From contig NC_135658.1 in assembly GCF_964188315.1 (NCBI RefSeq), positions 54,126,001 to 54,190,000 on the forward strand: a stretch of 64,000 nucleotides of DNA, given 5' to 3'. Source of the stretch: Podarcis muralis (Eukaryota). The notes beneath the pieces were generated by a model that saw only the letters and a program-made list of their open reading frames with translations, was not told where the DNA came from and made no database searches. This document shows, piece after piece, positions 22,931-34,640 of the stretch (the stretch's first letter is position 1; every line of letters begins with the position of its first letter). The translations under genes were made by a program, and so were the position numbers.

Positions 22931-25900
22931 AGGAAATTTGGGAAGGGTCTTTTACACATGCCACCACCATTGGAAGTTTAGCTAGTGGCGTGTGGAGTGA
23001 AGTTGCCAAATGTGTTTCAAAAAGGGATTCATTTGTAATTTGGATTGGAGAGGTGCTCAAAACCAGAAACTCTACAGTTCTAGCCAATAGCTGAAACCAT
23101 CACAACTTTCAGTAAGGTAGCTAAAGGCTGCATGTAGACTGAATGAAGGCAAGACTCTCAATGTAGATTTGCACCACTATATTCACAATATAGTGAATTT
23201 CTGAAATTTGCCTATACAATATTGTGCTCGATTTTGTGGTTGTCAGTTATTTGTGGCTGATTGGGTCTCCAATTTATTAATTGTGTACTCTGGAGCTGAG
23301 TGTTCAAAGATTTTGAGATACAAAATTGTGTACTTCCACTTCCCACAAGTTATTTTTCCCTGCAACAGATGTTACTGAAAACTGAGTTTCCCAGATCTAT
23401 TTGCTGCTCAGTCACTTAACGCTTGCAGTGTGCTGTTTGTCTTTTCTCTTTTTTTCACAAGGGAAAAACCACCTTAAGAGGGCAGCTCATCTAAAAAGAT
23501 CCTCTGAATCATGGTTAAGTTCAGCGACTTCACATAAAATATCTGTTTTCATTTAGCAATTGTTGGAGGCAGAACAGTTGCTCACATTCAATCTGTTTAT
23601 CTTCCACTCTTACTCATATTTCTTCATTTAGGAAGCCTTTTCTTTAAAAGGTGGTAAATATTTATTGAAGAGAGTTCAGCTTTTTAAATTAAATGAGGAC
23701 AGAAATAAACCCTAAAATGAAAAGTCCACAAAGGGCATGGTACGTTATAAATGCCAGAGCATATGAAATAATCAAGCATTTTTTAAAAATGTAGTAGAAA
23801 TGTAATTTATGAGAGTTCATAGTGCCAAATGCTAATGTTTAAAAAAGCTATTTCCTGAGTAAAGGTGGGCAATCTAATGAAGCGTTTAGTCTGGCTTTAT
23901 CTCAAAACCTCTCATGGTTTTGGCTACATGCCCATAAGTGAGGGGGTGTCAGAGTAGAGCTGTGGCAGTCTGAATTGTCTGGTATTATTTCCTGGTGGTC
24001 ACAGTGACCTTAAGTACGAAACATTATATATTTTCACATCCCCCACCCCAAACTGCAGTTGTGTATTCAGCAGGTTCAGTTTTTTGGCTGATCCTTTGCC
24101 TGAAAACATCAAGACAGATCCTTGGCTTGTTCCTGTATTAAGCTGCGCTGTCAAGCACTCTGGCATGTCTACGATAGAATTAATGCTTAGATACCATAAC
24201 GAGACGCATCTTTCATTAGGGCCTATGATTCAGACAGGCAGAGAGAATGAACCTGTCCTCCCCCACAACAGGTAAACCACAGTTGAACTCTCACTGGTGT
24301 GTATACCTGCTTGATGAGACATGTTTTGAATTACATAAGATTAAGTGATATTTCTTTTTCCAGACAGCACTGGTGAGAAACACACACATAAGAACAGGTT
24401 ATATTTCAGCGTTCTAAAAAGCGTTAGCTGGAAACTTCTGGTCTGGATTCTAATCAGAGCAACTTTGTGGGTTGCTGATGGGTGTTGAGTCCAGCTATAT
24501 CCAGGAACCACCTTTCATTACAATTTGAGGAAGATCAAATCTTGTCTCAGCCACATTGACCTCTGTGGAGTTTTGTTTCCCCCCCCCCCCACAAAAAAAT
24601 TATAATAATCCACCACAACCCACGTTGAATGATATACCTTAATACAGAAGTTATAGTGCTCAAAACACTCATAACCATATGTGCTGAGATTGTTTAAAAT
24701 GAAAACAAAAGGTTCTTAACCTTTCCATGTTCCATGTTCAAGTTATCCTATGTATTGAAAAAATGCATGTAGGGGAGGTATGTGGCAGACTCTGCTCCCG
24801 CCTTGGCACATGCCTGCAACATGCGTAGATACATGCAGGTGTATGTGCACAAGCTGGTAGCTCTCCACATTATCTGATCCCACCCCATAGTTGCCTTTGG
24901 CTAGATGCAACCATCCAGGGGTCATTTACCATACCTTTGACCATATATGGACAAGTGCTTATCCACATTCAACTTTATGCATGTGGGTGCATTGCAGATA
25001 TGAAAAACAATGCACTTCGGACTCCTTGCATACCCAGAGTGCAATGGGTGAGCCTCTCTAAAATAGGAAAAGTGCTAGATCAGAATGACCAGTGAAAACA
25101 CTGTGTGTGTGTCCATTGAGCATGCAGGAAAGCACTAGTGTGCTTGCATTCTCTTAAGGAATATAAAAAACAATGGGTGCCATCTAGCCAAATTAATGTG
25201 TCAACTTTGATGGCTAAGATTTAGGGAAGTGTTTAATTGTCCCATTCAAATCAATGGGACTGAAAAGTGTTTAACTGTGGATGGAACTTGCCAAGTTTTT
25301 TCTTTAAATTTCCATTTCAATCACAGGATTAGAAACTCGAGGGCGTTCCAAAAGTGTTTTGCAGCATGGTTGAGAAGCTGCTGTTAAAGAAGAAATAAGA
25401 AGCCCTGCTTTATGCATACCCACACCTCTCTTGATTTTTGCCTAGGGCTGGGATAAACTGATTCCTTGGATGCACCTCTGGATGACAGAAGTAATAGCCC
25501 CCACCTCTCCTAAGTTCCCACACTGCTCTTGAACCAAGTGATGTCAGCAGATGGGCATATCACACTATAAATCCAGCTAGTGGAGCAATCCTAGGCATGA
25601 TTCTTCAGAAGTGAGTTCCACTGTGTTTAATATGGCTCACTCCCAATAAGTGTATATAAACCAGAGCATGAGGTCTCTGCCACAGGTGTTCATTTTGTAT
25701 TGTTTTAAAAAAACTATATTCTGAAACTTTTTAAAGCAGTTGTTATTATAGTTTGTATTTTAATATATTATTATGTTGCCATGGAACATATAGACTGTAG
25801 CCGTGTACATACAAATGAATATTCCTTCTATATTTTCACAAGTCTCCAGTTCCGTTCCTTTCCTCTGAGTTCTTCTTTGCACCAAATTCTGTAACCTCCT

Positions 25901-26559
25901 TAGGGCAGAGGCCTGTCCTCTAATACTGTGTAAAAGTGCAATGCACATGGCACTAGATGCAATCGGCTGCTCTACTGCTATGATCACTGTCTCCACCAGC
26001 AACCGCAATAGGAATTGGATAGAAATGTAATAATTACATGTAGGGTTCGTTTCACTTGGCAGTGTGAACTAAGAGTGAATAACAGACTCATGAGTTTGAT
26101 AAACTTTTATGAACAAAATCTTTAAAAGAGACAGCTTATAAAGAACGATCAAACAGCTATGCTCTGTACCAGCATATTCACCCATGGGACATTATCCCAG
26201 GTTCATTTCAACGCATCTCAACAAGTGACTAAATGCTCAGTTAGAAGGAAAAACAATTCCAGGTCTGATATATCTACATCTTGAACATTATTACCACCAT
26301 TAGTTTGTTTCTGCTTGCTATTTCTGTCTGTGCAGCAGGGAAACATAGAGACTTAAAGCTGGAAAAGTAACAGATTGCTCTGCCACCTATTGGCACAAAC
26401 CTGAAATCCCTGTGATAAACATTTTGTAAATCAAGATTTCAAATGATCAATTGGATGTCCTTACCCCAGGATGTGTTTATTGGCTGTTTGGTAAAAGCAC
26501 CTGTCCCATTTCCGAACCTCTTCCCAGGAAATGTGCACTGCAATCATGCTGTTACATCA

Positions 26560-27010
26560 TGCAGTTACAAGTTTGCACACTTGGACAATTTGAAGTCACA
26601 TCTAAAGATTCACATCAAAGAAAAACAGCTATAGGAAGCAAACAGTGCTCGCCACACCAGCAGCAGACAAAGCCAGGAACATTCTTCAGTTGCAGCACTA
26701 TCAACTCTCCACTTCTGGAGCACAGCTGCTGGTCACAGAGTCCATGCACAATATCAATTTTGTACCCAGCCATAGCAAAGGTATTAGCGTTGTCACTGCA
26801 GATGGCACCCAAAATGTGATGATAGACCATGCAGGCGGTCTTACCCTTCTCACTCAGTCACCCCAGCAGCTACAGAACTTGCTCCTTTCCATCCAGCCAG
26901 TCTGAGCTAGGTTCAGGGTCCCATTAACCACGGTAACCAGGAGAGCCCCCAAACACAGCTTGCCCGACAGTTTACCCCATTTTGAAAGAAGCAAAGTAAT
27001 AAACATTGTC
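26560..27010 (+). pseudogene. ZBTB24: Decayed fragment of the ZBTB24 3' coding region (last C2H2 finger and C-terminal tail)
   Basis: Translates to [24 protein letters not shown], then after a frameshift [73 protein letters not shown]. This matches human ZBTB24 as recalled (QFARLDNLKAHLKIHSKEK...[47 protein letters not shown]...NLTLLTQQPEQLQNLILS). TAG at 26632-26634, a frameshift and a short deletion; homology beyond 26905 is weak. Confidence 0.85.
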
Positions 27011-27215
27011 ATCTGAAGACACCTCCACCCTGGGTAGGACCATGAAGCCCACAGTCTAAACTGATCTGACTACACCACTGGGAATTTCTGTCCCTGCTCC
27101 AGCATTCCTGATTGCAATCATTTTTAAAGGGAGATTCCGTTTAGAGATCTTCTGTGTCATCCCTAGTTTGACTGTAAGTATGTCTAATCACATTTTTGCA
27201 TATCCCACCCCTATA

Positions 27216-27597
27216 GGGAGACGGGTGGTGCTGTGGTCTAAGCTACTTGAGCCTCTTGGGCTTGCTGGTCGGAAGGTCGGCAGTTCAAATCCGTGTGACG
27301 GGGTGAGCTCCAATTACTCTGTCCCAGCTTCTGCCAACCTAGCAGTTCGAAAGCACACCAGTGCAAGTAGATAAATAGGTACCGCTGCAGCGGGAAGGTA
27401 AACGGCATTTCCGTGCACTCTGGTTTCCGTCACAGTGTCCCGCTGTGCCAGAAGCGGTTGAGTCATGCTGGCCACATGACCCAGAAAGCTGTCTGTGGAC
27501 AAACGCCGGTTCCCTCGGCCTGAAAGCAGGATGAGTGCCGCAACCCCCTAGTCGCCTTTGACTGGACTTAACCATCCAGGGGTCCTTTTTACCTTTT
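27216..27597 (+). mobile_element. Sauria SINE
   Basis: Head gggagacgggtggtgctgtggtc, conserved core, accttt tail; TSD-like atatcccacccc at 27200-27211 and 27598-27609. Confidence 0.92.
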
Positions 27598-27753
27598 ATA
27601 TCCCACCCCACTGCCTTCCATTTCTCTGCCTTGATTTGTGCACGTGTCAAAATTATTATTGTTGTCATTTATTAAATTTATATAGCACCCTTAATCCATA
27701 GATCTCAGGGTGGTTCACAAGATGAAGATGCAGGAAAAAAGCACAAAATAAAT

Positions 27754-28027
27754 GTTGTTGTTGTTTAGTCGTTTAGTTGTGTCTGACTCTTCGTGACCCC
27801 ATGAACCAGAGCACGCCAGGCACTCCTGTCTTCCACTGCCTCCCGCAGTTTGGTCAAACCCATGTTGGTAGCTTCGAGAACACTGTCCAACCATCTCGTC
27901 CTCCGTCGTCCCCTTCTCCTTGTGCCCTCAATCTTTCCCAACATCAGGGTCATTTCCAGGGAGTCTTCTCTTCTCATAAGGTGGCCAAAGTATTGGAGCC
28001 TCAACTTCAGGATATGTCCTTCCAGTG
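27754..28027 (-). mobile_element. Bov-B (RTE clade) LINE, 5'-truncated 3' end
   Basis: Minus frame ...LKLRLQYFGHLMRREDSLEMTLMLGKIEGTRRRGRRRTRWLDSV...WRALVHGVTKSQTQLND (Bov-B C-terminus); (CAA)n tail; TSD agcacaaaataaat (27740-27753 and 28028-28041). Confidence 0.95.
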
Positions 28028-28124
28028 AGCACAAAATAAATAGTTAAAACAAAAACAAAAGAAAAGAAAACAATAGCCCCCCCTCTCCCACAACCACATT
28101 TAAAAGGCTGTAGAATATTAATCA

Positions 28125-28225
28125 GCAAAAGGCATAGTTGAAGAGGAACGTTTTCGCCTGGCGCCTAAAGATGTATAATGAAGGCGCCAGACAAATCCTT
28201 CACAGGGACTGCTCACACAATTTCT
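28125..28225 (-). mobile_element. L2 LINE 3' end fragment
   Basis: Reverse complement ctggcgccttcattatacatctttaggcgccaggcgaaaacgttcctcttc (LAPSLYIFRRQAKTFLF). Confidence 0.7.
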
Positions 28226-31200
28226 CTTTTTTAAAAAGGATGCAAGTACTAGAATGGATGGGGCTTCCCAAGGGACTGGGCATCAGCATGGAGATGCCCC
28301 AGGTTACTTATTCCCATGTGCCTGCAATAGTGGAGCCACTTTGCATATGGAATTTTAAAAAGGATGACCTGTGGCTCTATTGTTGGCAACAGTTGCCTTT
28401 GTCTTTCTTCCTCCTCCTGCATCAACCCACTCTGCTCTCCACACTTAATTGGAAGCTTCTTGGGACACTGGCCTAAATTTAAATTGTAAACTGCTTGGGG
28501 AAATGACATTTTTGTTTACACTACTCCAGAAAGTGTATTCTATGCAAATAATAATGATGATGATAGAAATAATTCTAGAAATGTTCTGACAATCAGTGTT
28601 GAGTATTACAACAACAACAAAAAGAAGATAAATGAGCAACCTGTAGACACCAAGGGAACTAGTAAAAGCAGCACACAAAGGAACCGAGTGCCTCTCCTTA
28701 ATCTGACTTCTGAGAGCAATTTTCAGAAAAGGCACCTAATTTAAGAACACAATCTTACACTCCTGCTAAATAGACTTTGCAATGAACCTTCCTTATATGT
28801 GATGGTTTATGCTGTGCTTTGCTACCTGAGAATAAAGAACTATTTTTAATGAGTATATTAAATTTGCAGCAAAGTGAACTTGCCACACAGCACAGAGACA
28901 AAAGTAATCTACACTTAGTGCTTCAATGACGTAAAAAGGCTTCTAAAGGAAATAATGCAGCAAATGTGATTTTGCTTTTAGATTCGGAAAGTGAGATAAG
29001 TGTTTTAGTACCCCCTTTAAATTCACAGCCATTAAATGCACTTTAGCCGTCCCAGTACTCTATTGTATATGGACTGCTCACCTGACCGATGTCACCCAAG
29101 ACTACCTCTCTAAGCACTCTGTACTGCACTAATTGATCTCTTAATTGGCTCAGTGAACACAGCAGACTCCATCACACAACAAGCACTAATTGCTACAAGC
29201 TTGCTTTTGAAATGTTAAGTACTTTGAAGACCAAGCATATCTACATGCGTGCATTGACTCTGCAGCTGAGGCTGGAGAATGTAGACCAGCATGGTGCTAT
29301 GTATCCTAAAAGATTATTTCACCAACATTTTTGCATTTGCCTTTCCTTCTCCCACTACCTATGCATTTGTAGCCTTTTTAGAAATCTAAAGGTACAACTT
29401 GCAAGCAGGGAAAGTCTTCTAAAAGGCATATAGTGCCTAGATCATTTTTGTCACCTTTGAATTATCATTCTGTACTTACAATCAAACTTTTTTTTTAATA
29501 CAAAGGGTAATCCCATTCACTCACGGCAAGATAATTTAGACAAAGCAGACTAACAAACAGAGAACTTTTAAAAATTAATCTGTAATTCTAAGGCACTGCT
29601 GAGAGCAATCAAATGGATGTTTGCTGTCTGCGTGGCCCAGTTTGGAACATAAATGACTCAAAGAGGTAATTTACAGTCATTTAGTTTCTATAATGTACCT
29701 GGAGCCATTAAAATGAGGACAGTTTTATGGTATTTCAGCTCCGACAGATCTGAATATTAACCGGATAGATTTTGTTCTTCACCTAAGGGTAAAACACATC
29801 ATCAAAGTAGGTAGATTTGTGGCAACAGGTCTGACAAAGTGCCTTTAAGTGATTCTTGTCTGGTTCCAGTTTGGCGGGAGGGTCAGTGGGAAGACAAAAT
29901 TGGCTAATAGTAAATTCAGTCTGCCTTCTCTAGAAAAGGTGGTTCCTAATTTAGTGGTGGTTACAGGCCTACACTGGCAAATACCCATGATACCTGTGAC
30001 TTGCAGCACATAGATTGCAATTTCAATGTGCAGTTTTAAAACCGCTATTTGTAAGCAGTCATGCCTGCTGCAGTAGGGGCAATTGTATAAGATTTCAAGA
30101 CTGCTACTGGAGACAAAATGATTGGGAAATGTATCTGGAGATGGAGCACAGTGCTTCTAGCACCTTGATCCTATGCATGCTGTTTACGCAGAAGAAAAGT
30201 CTCTTGGACAAAAATTATAGCACAAAATCCTGAAAACATACTTCCTTGTCTGAAATCAGGGGGATTCAATGCCACACATCATGGCATAGTGCATGCATGA
30301 AACACTTCCCTTCAAACTACAAAGCCCCTGTATAACACCGTGGGTCTAGGAGCAATATCTGAGCACTTTGTATATATTTCATTCTCTCTGTGTTCAGGAA
30401 ATGTAGACAACCCATCCATTTTCCATTGTGAAGCAAATTTTGCAGTCTTAAATTGCAGATATGCAGTGCAATCCAGAACAAAGATAAATCAATGCTGTTG
30501 TTGAGGTCAATGGAACCACACAGATTTAAACCAAGTCTTAGCTGAATTGAGGGCAGGAACCGGCCTTAATATTCTTGTAATACAACATCATCAAATGGTC
30601 CCTGTGGTATGTTTTCCTCCTATAAAGAATGTGTTTCCATACAGTGGCAGCTGAAATCTTTTAGACTGGCATTTGTTAATATTTCCTTGGTTCTTCTAAT
30701 GCTTCCAATTAATGTTATAGCTAATGGATATTCAGTATTTGTATAGTATTGCACATCTTGACCTATGTTCCATATGAAGTAATTCCAGCAAATGTCCACT
30801 GTGATTTTCCTTTGATTGACATGATTAATTGCATTAACTGGCATAATCCTAGAGAAGTTTTTGCTTCCATCTACTTCCGTATCTTTTCATTTGAAGCTGA
30901 GGGAATATCACTACAGTAACTATTGTGAGCTATTACTTGAAAATGTCAGATTAAAATGAACAATATCCATTTGCTCATCCCTTCCCAAGTACTCAAACAG
31001 TTGAAATAGGCTCACTCCATAAGCTTACATTTGCCATTCCCATTGGGATTCACAAAAGATGAAACAGATGTCTTAGTGGCAACTTTGGATTTTAGAAAAT
31101 ATTTGTGGATCCTCTCATGCTAGTGATCTAACAAAACCAGATGATATATTCATCTGGGCTCCCATTTGGGAGCAAGGGTAATATATAAATTTGTGATCAT

Positions 31201-33426
31201 CATAATATTAGTTGTTGATTTAATTATACTATTTTAAAAACCAGTTGGTTGCCAAGATTACTTTTACAGTAAGTGGTTTACAAATAAAAAACAAATTACA
31301 AAAAATATGAACACAGATAATTAAGATTCACAATTAAACAATTACATCAGAACATTAAAGCAGCATAGCAATTAAAAGAGTTAATACAGTAATTAAAACA
31401 GAGGGTTCAAGTCAGTAGATCAGAGGAATGGTGTGTCTTCAAGAGCCCAACTGCCAATATTGATGGGATAGCATTCCACAACACTAGTGTCACCAGTGAA
31501 AAATCTGTGTCCATTTCACCACAAGGTGATAATCATCAGGCCATGACAAAACTAACTGGATCCCATTTGTTCATCTTTATGCCCTTACCAGGCAAATGCA
31601 GTAGTACTTCAAGTTCCAAAAATCACAAATCAAAACAGGGATTCATAGATGTTTGGCAAACCAAAACCACCCTAGGTATTTGATGAATTTTGATCTGCAG
31701 AGCCTGGTGGCATATAAGGGTTCTAGAGTGGAAAGATTGGTTGTGGTGAACTGGCTGACTGAAAGACATCTCACTTGCCATTACTGAGCTTCCTTTGGAA
31801 TTGTGCATGCTCCAATTCCAGATTTATTTGTTTTTTAAGAAATTCTTCTAAATAAACCAGAATTTGGGGGTGATTGGAATGCGAGAGAGAAAAAAAGTAT
31901 GAGGATGAGGGAATCTTCCCGCTTTTTGATTTGCCACTGGTAAATCAAGAAATAGCCAAAGCCCTTGGCCCGCTGGATATGCATAATAGCAGTTTTGTTT
32001 TATTGACCTCCCTGCTTAGTTTTCTAAGCAAAGGTAATCCCCTTGCAGCAACAGGGACTTAGGTGGAATGGAATGCAAGGTTGTCTATAATATACAACAA
32101 CAAAAATATTTATGCTTTAGGCAAATTAGGATGAGGCTCTTAGCCATATTTGGCTGTGGAAGCTTGGTCCATCTTGACATATACTGGTAGTTCTAGAAGT
32201 TCCAATTGGTTGGCAGCCACAAATATATTTTGCGGTTTAAATACTTTGTACATTGCATCAGGTTTCCCTACAGCAAAGCCCTAGAGATTTTGGCAATTTG
32301 AAGACTATGCATGACCCAAACATTAGCTAATTTCAAAGAGTACAGCATGAAATATTGTCTATGAATTCCAATAAGCATTGTCTCTGAAGAGGACTTCTCA
32401 GAATTGCGGGACTCTTTATGGGTATTGTAGCAGAGACGATGCTTGTAAGTAATCTCATTCTAAAGTAGTTCATTTTCAAGAATACACTTACATCACTAAT
32501 TGTTTCCACAGAAAGTGGTGTTTAATGCTGTGAGATTCTCTCATTCTTCCCCTCCCTTTCCCTTCTGCCTCACTTTAGGGCTTCTGTTTCCTTTGTGAGA
32601 GCTGTGTTCCTCAATGCTAAGTTTCAGAAATTTATTTTAATCGCTGCAACTGCTGTTCCTTAAGATTCAATTTCAAGAAAGAATATGACTGAAACTAATG
32701 AAATAATTTGTGATAAATGCCATTGGGCAAACTGAATGCCATTTTCCCTATGTACAAATTGTCCACAAACAGGTTTTTCTTCATTTTTTTCAAAAGAATT
32801 TGTACATTCCAATATCTCTTATTGGCTGTTGGCTGTGACCCCCAGCCAACAGCTACCAACCAACTAGACCCTAACCAACCAATGAAGAGGAGGCGTAACC
32901 AATTGAGTCAACTAACTAACAGCCTGAGCTTTTCAGCTGGGAATGCCACAACCCCCAAACCCCTAAACTGTCCTTTGAGACAGCACTCCCTGAGCCAGAT
33001 TGCTCAAAGAAACTGGCACTCTTTATAACAGGGATGTAATGTACACTGGTGCTTCCTGGCCAGTGTAGGCAATGAATATGGTAAGAACTGACTGGGGTGC
33101 TATGGTTCAAATTAAAATGACCATCCCTTGAAGGGGAGGAGCCTGGCCCAAGAAGAATATAGCTTAAGCTGAGCTCTAAACCTTATTGGAGCATGTCTTA
33201 GTTTGAGCTGTCCATGGTACTGCAACTCCAGGACCCGCTACTAATTGAAGGCCTACTTTAAATTAGATTCCAGGAAAGAATGTTACTAAAGCTAATGAAA
33301 TAGTTTATGATAAAAAATATCGAGACACTGTTTTTCCTGTGTGTGACTTTGCAGCAACATCATTTTTTAAAAAAAATAAAATTAAGACTGAGAACCTGTC
33401 GCTTCAAGCCCCATGTTGGGCAGATG

Positions 33427-33500
33427 TTTCCTGCATTGGAAGGGATTGGACTAGATGGCCTTTATGGTCCCTTCCATATCTAAAATTCTATGATTCTGAT
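33427..33500 (+). mobile_element. CR1 LINE 3' terminus
   Basis: ttcctgcattggaagggattggactagatggcctttatggtcccttccatatctaaaattctatgattct, the characteristic CR1 end with an ATTCTATG tail. Confidence 0.85.
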
Positions 33501-34274
33501 TATTTGAAGTGGGTGGGCAACCCCTTTTTTCATTCTTAACGTTCAGCCATAACACGTTACCTGAATGAGTGAGTGGGTGAATGAATGAAATAATCCTGTT
33601 AATCTTGATTGAGCCATTGAAATGTGCAAAAGAAGAAGCAAACTTATTGTCCTAATGAGGGTTGTCTTTCAGAGTAAGCTTTTACATTCTCTTTTTAAAT
33701 CATTCAGAAAAAGCAGGACATCTTTTCTGAAAAGGAAAAAAAAGGCAAATATTCTTTCCCCCCCAGGGCTGTGTTCTACCGGTGCCATGTTGATATTATG
33801 TGCCTCATATACAGCCCATTTCTTGTTGCCACATGGCAGTTTAGCAATTGCAATTTCCTCCAACCTGCCTTTGTTTGTTTGTTTATGTTCCCCCCTTCAT
33901 AGATACCAGGGCAGGGTATAATACATAATAATATAAACAAACCATATAATAAAATGATTTCAAAAACTCCACATCTGAATAGAGGTCTGTGCACACACAC
34001 ATGGGGGGTGCATTCTTCTATTTACAGAACACATATTGCACAAAGTTAATAAAAACAAAAGATAAACTTGACCACAGATCCAAAATTTGTTGTATATAAA
34101 GGACAATAAAGGCTGGATGAGTCTTAGAGGCATATGCTTTTATCAGATTTCTTGTCATTCTAAAAGGGTAAAGAGTAAAGAGTGAGAATGTTTTGCATTA
34201 CACCTATTAAGGAGTGAATCAAATGATCTGAACAACTGGGCTACAGTTGTACAGCTGTACTTTCCAGTTTTAAT

Positions 34275-34640
34275 GGGACGCGGGTGGCGCTGTGGGTAAA
34301 AGCCTCAGCGCCTAGGGCTTGCCGATCGAAAGGTCAGCAGTTCGAATCCCCGTGGTGGGGTGCGCTCCCGCTGCTCGGTCCCAGCGCCTGCCAACCTAGC
34401 AGTTCGAAAGCACCCCCGGGTGCAAGTAGATAAATAGGGACCGCTTTATAGCGGGAAGGTGAACGGCGTTTCCGTGTGCGGCTCTGGCTTGCCAGAGCAG
34501 CGATGTCACACTGGCCACGTGACCCGGAAGTGTCTCCGGACAGCGCTGGCCCCCGGCCTCTTGAGTGAGATGGGCACACAACCCTAGAGTCTGTCAAGAC
34601 TGGCCCGTACGGGCAGGGGTACCTTTACCTTTACCTTTAC
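34275..34640 (+). mobile_element. Sauria SINE, young CpG-rich subfamily
   Basis: gggacgcgggtggcgctgtgggtaaaagcc ... cccgtacgggcaggggta(ccttta)n; TSD tactttccagtt (34258-34269 and 34638-34649). Confidence 0.95.

Noticed and set aside
24366-24380. Possible 9-nt + strand microexon (ttctttttccag|ACAGCACTG|gtgaga), plus similar 10-18-nt candidates near 31590, 40920 and 45360
   Set aside because: Such short AG/GT pairs are frequent by chance and no host gene was identified.
24805-24840. Three CATG-centred units resembling p53/p63 half-sites
   Set aside because: Each has mismatches to RRRCWWGYYY and the spacing is irregular.
31775-31847. Minus-strand 73-nt exon-like frame EEFLKKQINLELEHAQFQRKLSNGK (coiled-coil-like)
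   Set aside because: Only a vague resemblance to F-BAR helices, a modest acceptor and no compatible neighbouring exons.
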